From: the human T2T-CHM13v2.0 reference genome, Homo sapiens
Length of the DNA stretch: 64,000 nt
Assembly: GCF_009914755.1 (NCBI RefSeq)
Contig: NC_060925.1
Direction: 5' to 3' (one strand)
Positions within the stretch are counted from its first letter, which is position 1. Each line of letters begins with the position of its first letter. The position numbers were made by a program, and so were the translations under genes. Under the pieces are notes generated by a model, which did not search any database, was not told where the DNA came from, and saw only the letters and a program-made list of their open reading frames with translations. This document shows positions 1 to 13,144 of this stretch, piece by piece.

Positions 1-3000
1 ATAAAATGGAATCGAATGGAATCATCATCAAATGGAATCAAATGGAAGCATTGAACGGAATTGAATGGAATCGTCATCGAATGAATTGAATGCAACCATC
101 GAATGATCTCGAATGGAATCATCTTCAAATTGAATGGAATGGAATCATCGCATAGAATCGAATGGAATTATCATCGAATGGAATCGAATGGTATCATCAT
201 CAAACGGAAAAAAACGGTATAATCGAATGGAATCAAAGAGAATCTTCGAATGGACCCGAATGGAATCATCTAATGGAATGGAATGGAATAATCCATGGAC
301 ACGAATGCAATCATCATCGAATGGAATCGAATGGAATCATCGAATGGACTCGAATGGAATAATCATTGAACGGAATCGAATGGAATCATCATCGGATGGA
401 AATGAAAGGAGTCATCATCTAATGGAATTGCATGGAATCATCATAAAATGGAATCGAATGGAATCATCATCAAATGGAATCAAATGGAATCATTGAACGG
501 AATTGAATGGAATAGTCATCGAATGAATTGAATGCAATCATCCAATGGTCTCGAATGGAATCATCTTCAAATGGAATGGAATGGAATCATCGCATAGAAT
601 CGAATGGAATTATCATCGAATGGAATCGAATGGAATCAACATCAAACGGAAAAAAACGGAATTATCGAATGGAATCGAAGAGAATCATCGAATGGACCCG
701 AATGGAATCATCTAATGGAATAGAATGGAATAATCCATGGACTCGAATGCAATCATCATCGAATGGAATCGAATGGAATCATCGAATGGACTCGAATGGA
801 ATAATCATTGAACGGAATCGAATGGAATCATCATTGGATGGAAACGAATGGAATCATCATCGAATGGAAATGAAAGGAGTCATCATCTAATGGAATTGCA
901 TGGAATCATCATAAAATGGAATCGAATGGAATCAACATCAAATGGAATCAAATGGAATCATTGAACGGAATTGAATGGAATCGTCATCGAATGAATTGAA
1001 TGCAATCATCGAATGGTCTCGAATGGAATCATCTTCAAATGGAATGGAATGGAATCATCGCATAGAATCGAATGGAATTATCATCGAATGGATTCGAATG
1101 GTATCAACATCAAACGGAAAAAAACGGAATTATCGAATGGAATCAAAGAGAATCTTCGAACGGACCCGAATGGAATCATCTAATGGAATGGAATGGAATA
1201 ATCCATGGACTCGAATGCAATCATCATCGAATGGAATCGAATGGAATCATTGAAAGGACTCGTATGGAATAATCATTGAACGGAATCGAATGGAATCATC
1301 ATCGGATGGAAATGAATGGAATCATCATCGAATGGAATCGAATAGAATTATGGAATGAAATCCCGTGTGATCATCATCGAATGGACCCGAATGGAATCAT
1401 CATCCAATGGAAGCTAATGGAATCAACATCCAATGAATCCAATGGAAACACCATCGAATTGAAACGAATGGAATTATCATGAAATTGAAATGGATGGACT
1501 CATCATCGAATGGATTCGAATGGAATCATCGAATAAAATTGATTGAAATCATCATCGAATGGAATCGAATGGTATCATTGAATGGAATCGAATGGAATCA
1601 TCATCAGATGGAATTGAATGGAATCGTCATAGAATGGAATCGAATGGATTCATTGAATGGAATCAGATGGAATCATCGAATGGACTGGAATGGAATCATT
1701 GAATGGACTTGAAAGGGATCATTATTGAATGGAATTGAATGGAATCATCGAATGGTCTCGATTGGAATCATTATCAAATGGAATCGAATGGAATCACCGA
1801 ATAGAATCGAATGGAACAATCATCGAATGGACTCAAATGGAATTATCCTCAAATAGAATCGAATGGAATTATCGAAAGCAATCGAATGGAATTATCAAAT
1901 GCAATCGAATAGAATCATCGAATGGACTCGAATGGAATCATCAAATGGAATGGAATGGAACAGTCAATAAACTCGAATGGAATCATCATTGAATGGAATC
2001 GAATGGAATCATCGAGTGGAATCGAATGGAATTATGATCAAATGGAATCGAATGTGATCATCATCAAATGGAATCAAAAATAACCATCATCAATTGGTAT
2101 TGAATGGAATTGTCATCAAATGGAATTCAAAGGAATCATCATCAAATGGAACCGAATGGAATCCTCATTGAATGGAAATGAAAGGGGTCATCATCCAATG
2201 GAATCGCATGGAATCATCATCAAATGGAATCGAATGGAATCATCATCAAATGGAATCTAATGGAATCATTGAAAGAATTGAATGGAATCATCATCGAATG
2301 AATTGAATGCAATCATCGAATGGTCTCGAATGGAATCATCTTCTAATGGAAAGGAATGGAATCATCGCATAGAATCGAATGGAATTATCATCGAATGGAA
2401 TCGAATGGTATCAACACCAAACGGAAAATAACGGAATTATCGAATGGAATCGAAGAGAATCTTCGAACGGACCCGAATGGAATCATCTAATGGAATGGAA
2501 TGGAATAATCCATGGACTCGAATGCAATCATCATCGAATGGAATCGAATGGAATCATCGAATGGACTCGAATGGAATAATCATTGAACGGAATCGAATGG
2601 AATCATCATCGGATGGAAACGAATGGAATCATCATCGAATGGAAATGAAAGGAGTCATCATCTAATGGAATTGCATGGAATCATCATCAAATGGAATCGA
2701 ATGGAATCAACATCAAATGGAATCAAATGGAATCATTGAACGGAATTGAATGGAATCATCATCGAATGAATTGAATGCAATCATCGAATGGTCTCGAATG
2801 GAATCATCTTCAAATGGAATGGAATGGAATCATCGCATAGAATCGAATGGAATTATCATCGAATGGAATCGAATGGAATCAACATCAAACGGAAAAAAAC
2901 GTAATTATCGAATGGAATCGAAGAGAATCATCGAATGGACCCGAATGGAATCATCTAATGGAAAGGAATGGAATAATCCATGGACTCGAATGCAATCATC

Positions 3001-4100
3001 ATCGAATGGAATCGAATGGAATCATCGAATGGACTCGAATGGAATAATCATTGAACGGAATCGAATGGAATCATCATCGGATGGAAATGAATGGAATCAT
3101 CATCGAATGGAATCGAATAGAATTATGGAATGAAATCCAGTGTGATCATCATCGAATGGACCCGAATGGAATCATCATCCAACGGAAGCTAATGGAATCA
3201 ACATCGAATGAATCAAATGGAAACACCATCGAATTGAAACGAATGGAATTACCATGAAATTGAAATGGATGGACTCATCCTCAAATGGATTCGAATGGAA
3301 TCATCGAATAAAATTGATTGAAATCATCATCGAATGGAATCGAATGGTATCATTGAATGGAATCGAATGGAATCATCATCAGATGGAAATGAAAGGAATC
3401 GTCATAGAATGGAATCGAATGGATTCATTGAATGGAATCAGATGGAATCATCGAATGGACTGGAATGGAATCATTGAATGGACTCGAAAGGGATCATTAT
3501 TGAATGGAATTGAATGGAATCATCGAATGGTCTCGATTGGAATCATTATCAAATGGAATCGAATGGAATCACCAAATAGAATCGAATGGAATAATCATCG
3601 AATGGACTCAAATGGAATTATCCTCAAATGGAATTGAATGGAATTATCGAATGCAATCGAATGGAATTATCGAATGCAATCGAATAGAATCATCGAATGG
3701 ACTCGAATGGAATCATCGAATGGAATGGAATGGAACAGTCAATGAACTCGAATGGAATCATCATTGAATGGAATCGAATGGAATCATCGAGTGGAATCGA
3801 ATGTAATCATCATCAAATGGAATCAAAAATAACCATCATCAAATGGAATCAAAAATAACCATCATCAATTGGTATTGAATGGAATTCTCATCAAATGGAA
3901 TTCAAAGGAATCATCATCAAATGGAACCGAATGGAATCCTCATTGAATGGAAATGAAAGGGGTCATCATCTAATGGAATCGCATGGAATCATCATCAAAT
4001 GGAATCGAATGGAATCAACATCAAATGGAATCAAATGGAATCATTGAACAGAATTGAATGGAATCGTCATCGAATGAATTGAATGCAATCATCGAATGGT
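1..4100 (+). repeat. Dispersed duplicate of ~19283-23380 (offset 19,282), slightly more diverged
   Basis: Pairs 162/19444, 975/20257, 1479/20761, 2750/22032 and 3254/22536 share GGAAGCATTG, ATGATCTC, CGGTATAATC, GGACACG, GAAAGCAATC and AACGTAATT variants, but also carry several private differences. Confidence 0.88.
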
Positions 4101-4561
4101 CTCGAATGGAATCATCTTCAAATGGAATGGAATGGAATCATCGCATAGAATCGAAAGGAATTATCATCGAATGGAATCGAATGGAATCAACACCAAACGG
4201 AAAAAAACGGAATTATCGAATGGAATCGAAGAGAATCATCGAATGGACCCGAATGGAATCATCTAATGGAATGGAATGGAATAATCCATGGACTCGAATG
4301 CAATCATCATCGAATGGAATCGAATGGAATCATCCAATGGACTCGAATGGAATAATCATTGAACGGAATCGAATGGAATCATCATCGGATGGAAATGAAT
4401 GGAATCATCATCGAATGGAATCGAATAGAATTATGGAATGAAATCCAGTGTGATCATCATCGAATGGACCCGAATGGAATCATCATCCAACGGATGCTAA
4501 TGGAATCAACATCGAATGAATCAAATGGAAACACCATCGAATTGAAACGAATGGAATTACC
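3254..4561 (+). repeat. Representative 1,308-bp short unit (core + 1 module)
   Basis: Marker spacing 3254->4562 = 1308 = 1776-468. The same spacing follows 8088, 22536, 23844, 31379, 32687, 44784, 50259, 51567 and 56427. Confidence 0.92.
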
Positions 4562-6311
4562 ATGAAATTGAAATGGATGGACTCATCATCGAATGGATTC
4601 GAAAGGAATCATCGAATAAAATTGATTGAAATCATCATCGAATGGAATCGAATGGTATCATTGAATGGAATCGAATGGAATCATCATCAGATGGAAATGA
4701 ATGGAATCGTCATAGAATGGAATCGAATGGATTCATTGAATGGAATCAGATGGAATCATCGAATGGACTGGAATGGAATCATTGAATGGACTCGAAAGAG
4801 ATCATGATTGAATGGAATTGAATAGAATCATCGAATGGTCTCGATTGGAATCATTATCAAATGGAATCGAATGGAATCACCGAATAGAATCGAATGGAAC
4901 AATCATCGAATGGACTCAAATGGAATTATCCTCAAATGGAATCGAATGGAATTATCGAATGCAATCGAATGGAATTATCGAATGCAATCGAATAGAATCA
5001 TCGAATGGACTCGAATGGAATCATCGAATGGAATGGAATGGAACAGTCAATGAACTCGAATGGAATCATCATTGAATGGAATCGAATGGAATCATCGAGT
5101 GGAATCGAATGGAATTATGATCAAATGGAATCGAATGTAATCATCATCAAATGGAATCAAAAATAACCATCATCAATTGGTATTGAATGGAATTGTCATC
5201 AAGTGGAATTCAAAGGAAACATCATCAAATGGAACCGAATGGAATCCTCATTGAATGGAAATGAAAGGGGTCATCGTCTAATGGAATCGCATGGAATCAT
5301 CATCAAATGGAATCTAATGGAATCATTCAACAGAATTGAATGGAATCGTCATCGAATGAATTGAATGCAATCATCGAATGGTCTCGAATGGAACCATCTT
5401 CTAATGGAAAGGAATGGAATCATCGCATAGAATCGAATGGAATTGTCATCGAATGGAATCGAATGGTATCAACACCAAACGGAAAAAAACGGAATTATCG
5501 AATGGAATCGAAGAGAATCTTCGAACGGACCCGAATGGAATCATCTAATGGAATGGAATGGAATAATCCATGGACTCGAATGCAATCATCATCGAATGGA
5601 ATCGAATGGAATCATCGAATGGACTCGAATGGAATAATCATTGAACGGAATCGAATGGAATCATCATCGGATGGAAACGAATGGAATCATCATCGGATGG
5701 GAATGAAAGGAGTCATCATCTAATGGAATTGCATGGAATCATCATAAAATGGAATCGAATGGAATCGACATCAAATGGAATCAAATGGAATCATTGAACG
5801 GAATTGAATGGAATCGTCATCGAATGAATTGAATGCAATCATCGAATGGTCTCGAATGGAATCATCTTCAAATGGAATGGAATGGAATCATTGCATAGAA
5901 TCGAATGGAATTATCATCGAATGGAATCGAATGGTATCAACATCAAACGGAAAAAAACGGAATTATCGAATGGAATCGAAGAGAATCTTCGAACGTACCC
6001 GAATGGAATCATCTAATGGAGTGGAATGGAATAATCCATGGACTCGAATGCAATCATCATCGAATGGAATCGAATGGAATCATCGAATGGTCTCGAATGG
6101 AATAATCATTGAACGGAATCGAATGGAATCATCATCGGATGGAAATGAATGGAATGATCATCGAATGGAATCGAATAGAATTATGGAATGAAATCCAGTG
6201 TGATCATCATCGAATGGACCCGAATGGAATCATCATCCAACGGAAGCTAATGGAATCAACATCGAATGAATCGAATGGAAACACCATCGAATTGAAACGA
6301 ATGGAATTATC

Positions 6312-8087
6312 ATGAAATTGAAATGGATGGACCCATCATCGAATGGATTCGAATGGAATCATCGAATAAAATTGATTGAAATCATCATCAAATGGAATCG
6401 AATGGTGTCATTGAATGGGATCGAATGGAATCATCGTCAGATGGAAATGAATGGAATCGTCATAGAATGGAATCGAATGGATTCATTGAATGGAATCAGA
6501 TGGAATCATCGAATGGACTGGAATGGAATCATTGAATGGACTCGAATGGAATCATTATTGAATGGAATTGAATGGAATCATCGAATGGTCTCGATTGGAA
6601 TCATTATCACATGGAATCGAATGGAATCACCGAATAGAATCGAATGGAACAATCATCGAATTGACTCAAATGGAATTATCCTCAAATGGAATCGAATGGA
6701 ATTATCGAATGCAATCGAATGGAATTATCGAATGCAATCGAATAGAATCATCGAATGGACTCGAATGGAATCATCGAATGGAATGGAATGGAACAGTCAA
6801 TGAACTCGAATGGAATCATCATTGAATGGAATCGAATGGAATCATCGAGTGGAATCGAATGGAATTATGATCAAATGGAATCGAATGTAATCCTCATCAA
6901 ATGGAATCAAAAATAACGATCATCAATTGGTATTGAATGGAATTGTCATCAAATGGAATTGAAAGGAATCATCATCAAATGGAACCGAATGGAATCCTCA
7001 TTGAATGGAAATGAAAGTGGTCATCATCTAATGGAATCGCATGGAATCATCATCAAATGGAATCGAATGGAATCATCATGAAATGGAATCTAAGGGAATC
7101 ATTGAACAGAATTGAATGGAATCGTCATCGAATGAATTGAATGCAATCATCGAATGGTCTCGAATGGAATCATCTTCAAATGGAAAGGAATGGAATCATC
7201 GCATAGAATCGAATGGAATTATCATCGAATGGAATCCAATGGTATCAACATCAAACGGAAAAAAACGGAATTATGGAATGGAATCGAAGAGAATCTTCGA
7301 ACGGACCCGAATGGAATCATCTAATGGAATGGAATGGAATAATCCATGGACTCGAATGCAATCATCATCAAATGGAATCGAATGGAATCATCGAATGGAC
7401 GCGAATGGAATAATCATTGAACGGAATCGAATGGAATCATCATCGGATGGAAACGAATGGAATCATCATCGAATGGAAATGAAAGGAGTCATCATCTAAT
7501 GGAATTGCATGGAATCATCATAAAATGGAATCGAATGGAATCAACATCAAATGGAATCAAATGGAATCATTGAACGGAATTGAATGGAATCGTCATCGAA
7601 TGAATTGACTGCAATCATCGAATGGTCTCGAATGGAATCATCTTCAAATGGAATGGAATGGAATCATCGCATAGAATCGAATGGAATTATCATCGAATGG
7701 ATTCGAATGGAATCAACATCAAACGGAAAAAAACGGAATTATCGAATGGAATCGAAGGGAATCATCGAAGGGACCCGAATGGAATCATCTAATGGAATGG
7801 AATGGAATAATCCATGGACTCGAATGCAATCATCATCGAATGGAATCGAATGGAATCATCGAATGGACTCGAATGGAATAATCATTGAACGGAATCGAAT
7901 GGAATCATCATCGGATGGAAATGAATGGAGTCATCATCGAATGGAATCGAATAGAATTATGGAATGAAATCCAGTGTGATCATCATCGAATGGACCCGAA
8001 TGGAATCATCATCCAACGGAAGCTAATGGAATCAACATCGAATGAATCAAATGGAAACATCATCGAATTGAAACGAATGGAATTACC
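6312..8087 (+). repeat. Representative canonical 1,776-bp HSat2 unit (~840-bp core + 2 x 468-bp module)
   Basis: The marker ATGAAATTGAAATGGATGGA (MKLKW ORF starts; slight variant at 8088) recurs at 6312 and 8088. Internal module starts at 7116 and 7584 are 468 bp apart. The marker occurs 36 times between 1479 and 62661. Confidence 0.92.
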
Positions 8088-10128
8088 ATGAAATTAAATT
8101 GGATGGACTCATCCTCAAATGGATTCGAGTGGAATCATCGAATAAAATTGATTGAAATCATCATCAAATGGAATCGAATGGTATCATTGAATGGAATCGA
8201 ATGGAATCATCATCAGATGGAAATGAAAGGAATCGTCATAGAATGGAATCAAATGGATTCATTGAATGGAATCAGATGGAATCATTGAATGGACTGGAAT
8301 GGAATCATTGAATGGACTCGAAAGGGATCATTATTGAATGGAATTGAATGGAATCATCGAATGGTCTCGATTGGAATCATTATCAAATGGAATCGAATGG
8401 AATCACCGAATAGAATCGAATGGAACAATCATCGAATGGACTCAAATGGAATTATCCTCAAATGGAATTGAATGGAATTATCGAATGAAATCGAATGGAA
8501 TTATCGAATGCAATCGAATAGAATCATCGAATGGACTCGAATGGAATCATCGAATGGAATGGAATGGAACAGTCAATGAACTCGAATGGAATCATCATTG
8601 AATGGAATCGAATGGAATCATCGAGTGGAATCGAATGTAATCATCATCAAATGGAATCAAAAATAACCATCATCAAATGGAATCAAAAATAACCATCATC
8701 AATTGGTATTGAATGGAATTCTCATCAAATGGAATTCAAAGGAATCATCATCAAATGGAACCGAATGGAATCCTCATTGAATGGAAATGAAAGGGGTCAT
8801 CATCTAATGGAATCGCATGGAATCATCATAAAATGGAATCGAATGGAATCAACATCAAATGGAATCAAATGGAATCATTGAACGGAATTGAATGGAATCG
8901 TCATCGAATGAATTGAATGCAATCATCGAATGGTCTCGAATGGAATCATCTTCAAATGGAATGGAATGGAATCATCGCATAGAATCGAATGGAATTATCA
9001 TCGAATGGAATCGAATGGAATCAACATCAAACGGAAAAAAAACGAATTATCGAATGGAATCGAAGAGAATCATCGAATTGACCCGAATGGAATCATCTAA
9101 TGGAATGGAATGGAATAATCCATGGACTCGAATGCAATCATCATCGAATGGAATCGAATGGAATCATCGAATGGACTCGAATGGAATAATCATTGAACGG
9201 AATCGAATGGAATCATCATCGGATGGAAATGAATGGAATCATCATCGAATGGAATCGAATAGAATTATGGAATGAAATCCAGTGTGATCATCATCGAATG
9301 GACCCGAATGGAATCATCATCCATCGGAAGCAAATGGAATCAACATCGAATGAATCGAATGGAAACACCATCGAATTGAAACGAATGGAATTATCATGAA
9401 ATTGAAATGGATGGACTCATCATCGAATGGATTCGAATGGAATCATCGAATAAAATTGATTGAAATCATCATCAAATGGAATCGAATGGTATCATTGAAT
9501 GGAATCGAATGGAATCATCATCAGATGGAAATTAATGGAATCGTCATAGAATGGAATCGAATGGATTCATTGAATGGAATCAGATGGAATCATTGAATGG
9601 ACTGGAATGGAATCATTGAATGGACTCGAAAGGGATCATTATTGAATGGAATTGAATGGAATCATCGAATGGTCTCGATTGGAATCATTATCAAATGGAA
9701 TCGAATGGAATCACCGAATAGAATCGAATGGAACAATCATCGAATGGACTCAAATGGAATTATCCTCCAATGGAATCGAATGGAATTATCGAATGCAATC
9801 GAATGGAATTATCGAATGCAATCGAATAGAATCACCGAATGGACTCGAATGGTATCATCGAGTGGAATCGAATGGAATTATGATCAAATGGAATCGAATG
9901 TAATCATCATCAAATGGAATCAAAAATAACCATCATCAATTGGTATTGAATGGAATTGTTATCAAATGGAATTCAAAGAAATCATCATCAAATGGAACTG
10001 AATGGAATCCTCATTGAATGGAAATGAAAGGGGTCATCATCTAATGGAATAGCATGGAATAATCATCAAATGGAATCGAATGAAATCATCATCAAATTGA
10101 ATCTAATGGAAACATTGAACAGAATTGA

Positions 10129-11890
10129 ATGGAATCGTCATCGAATGAATTGAATGCAATCATCGAATGGTCTCGAATGGAATCATCTTCTAATGGAAAG
10201 GAATGGAATCATCACATAGAATCGAATGGAATTAACATTGAATGGAATCGAATGGAATCAACATCAAATGGAATCAAGCGGAATTATCGAACGAAATCGA
10301 AGAGAATCATCGAATGGACTCGAATGGAATCATCTAATGGAATGGAATGGAATAATCCACGGACTCGAATGCAATCATCATCGTATAGAATCGAATGGAA
10401 TCATCGAATGGACTCGAATGGAATAACCATTGAACGGAATCGAATGGAATCATCATCGGATGGAAACGAATGGAATCATCATCGAATGGAAATGAAAGGA
10501 GTCATCATCTAATGGAATTGCATGGAATCATCATAAAATGGAATCGAATGGAATCATCATCAAATGGAATCAAATGGAAGCATTGAACGGAATTGAATGG
10601 AATCGTCATCGAATGAATTGAATGCAATCATCGAATGGTCTCGAATGGAATCATCTTCAAATGGAATGGAATGGAATCATCGCATAGAATCGAATGGAAT
10701 TATCATCGAATGGAATCGAATGGAATCAACATCAAACGGAAAAAAACGGAATTATCGAATGGAATCGAAGAGAATCTTCGAATGGACCCGAATGGAATCA
10801 TCTAATGGAATGGAATGGAATAATCCATGGACTCGAATGCAATCATCATCGAATGGAATCGAATGGAATCATCGAATGGACTCGAATGGAATAATCATTG
10901 AACGGAATCGAATGGAATCATCATCGGATGGAAATGAAAGGAGTCATCATCTAATGGAATTGCATGGAATCATCATAAAATGGAATCGAATGGAATCAAC
11001 ATCAAATGGAATCAAATGGAATCATTGAACGGAATTGAATGGAATCGTCATCGAATGAATTGAATGCAATCATCGAATGGTCTCGAATGGAATCATCTTC
11101 AAATGGAATGGAATGGAATCATCGCATAGAATCGAATGGAATTATCATCGAATGGAATCGAATGGAATCAACATCAAACGGAAAAAAACGGAATTATCGA
11201 ATGGAATCGAAGAGAATCATCGAATGGACCCGAATGGAATCATCTAATGGAATGGAATGGAATAATCCATGGACTCGAAAGCAATCATCATCGAATGGAA
11301 TCGAATGGAATCATCGAATGGACTCGAATGGAATAATCATTGAACGGAATCGAATGGAATCATCATCGGATGGAAACGAATGGAATCATCATCGAATGGA
11401 AATGAAAGGAGTCATCATCTAATGGAATTGCATGGAATCATCATAAAATGGAATCGAATGGAATCAACATCAAATGGAATCAAATGGAATCATTGAACGG
11501 AATTGAATGGAATCGTCATCGAATGAATTGAATGCAATCATCGAATGGTCTCGAATGGAATCATCTTCAAATGGAATGGAATGGAATCATCGCATAGAAT
11601 CGAATGGAATTATCATCGAATGGAATCGAATGGAATCAACATCAAACGGAAAAAAACGGAATTATCGAATGGAATCGAAGAGAATCATCGAATGGACCCG
11701 AATGGAATCATCTAATGGAATGGAATGGAATAATCCATGGACTCGAATGGAATCATCATCGAATGGAATCGAATGGAATCATCGAATGGACTCGAATGGA
11801 ATAATCATTGAACGGAATCGAATGGAATCGTCATCGGATGGAAATGAATGGAATCATCATCGAATGGAATCGAATAGAATTATGGAATGA
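10129..11890 (+). repeat. Four tandem copies of the 468-bp module (one is the 442-bp variant)
   Basis: Module ORF starts at 10129, 10597, 11039 and 11507 (spacings 468, 442, 468) with no intervening core. Confidence 0.9.
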
Positions 11891-12850
11891 AATCCAGTGT
11901 GATCATCATCGAATGGACCCGAATGGAATCATCATCCAACGGAAGCTAATGGAATCAACATCGAATGAATCGAATGGAAACACCATCGAATTGAAACGAA
12001 TGGAATTACCATGAAATTGAAATGGATGGACTCATCATCGAATGGATTCGAATGGAATCATCGAATAAAATTGATTGAAATCATCATCGAATGGAATCAA
12101 ATGGTATCATTGAATGGAATCGAATGGAATCATCATCAGATGGAAATGAATGGAATCGTCATAGAATGGAATCGAATGGATTCATTGAATGGAATCAGAT
12201 GGAATCATCGAATGGACTGGAATGGAATCATTGAATGGACTCGAAAGGGATCATGATTGAATGGAATTGAATGGAATCATCGAATGGTCTCGATTGGAAT
12301 CATTATCAAATGGAATCGAATGGAATCACCGAATAGAATCGAATGGAACAATCATCGAATGGATTCAAATGGAATTATCCTCAAATGGAATGGAATGGAA
12401 TTATCGAATGCAATCGAATGGAATTATCGAATGCAATCGAATAGAATCATCGAATGGACTCGAACGGAATCATCGAATGGAATGGAATGGAACAGTCAAT
12501 GAACTCGAATGGAATCATCATTGAATGGAATCGAATCGAATCATCGAGTGGAATCGAATGGAATTATGATCAAATGGAATCGAATGTAATCATCATCAAA
12601 TGGAATCAAAAATAAACATCATCAATTGGTATTGAATGGAATTCTCATCAAATGGAATTCAAAGGAATCATCATCAAATGGAACTGAATGGAATCCTCAT
12701 TGAATGGAAATGAAAGGGGTCATCATCTAATGGAATCGCATGGAATCATCATCAAATGGAATCGAATGGAATCATCATCAAATGGAATCTGATGGAATCA
12801 TTGAACAGAATTGAATGGAATCGTCATCGAATGAATTGAATGCAATCATC

Positions 12851-13144
12851 GAATGGTCTCGAATGTAATCACATTCTAATGGAAAGGAATGGAATCATCG
12901 CATAGAATCGAATGGAATTAACATTGAATGGACTCGAATGGAATCAACATCAAACGGAATCAAGCGGAATTATCGAATGGAATCGAAGAGAATCATCGAA
13001 TGGTCTCTAATGGAATCATCTTCTAATGGAAAGGAATGGAATCATCGCATAGAATCGAATGGAATTAACATTGAATGGACTCAAATGGAATCAACATCAA
13101 ATGGAATCAAGCGGAATTATCGAATGAAATCGAAGAGAATCATC
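12851..13144 (+). repeat. 147-bp internal tandem duplication producing a 615-bp variant module
   Basis: GAATGGTCTC...GGAATTAACATTGAATGGACTC...GGAATCAAGCGG...GAAGAGAATCATC starts at 12851 and again at 12998. It explains the 1,923-bp units. Also present near 14775, 36600, 47400 and 61580. Confidence 0.88.

Noticed and set aside
645-660. AACGGAAAAAAACGG A-tract as a terminator or retro-insertion remnant
   Set aside because: It aligns without length change to AACGGAATCAAGCGG in variant modules, so it is a substitution-derived satellite variant.
1532-1537. AATAAA once per core as a polyadenylation signal
   Set aside because: Such a hexamer is expected by chance in A-rich satellite. There is no transcript evidence or gene context in the window.
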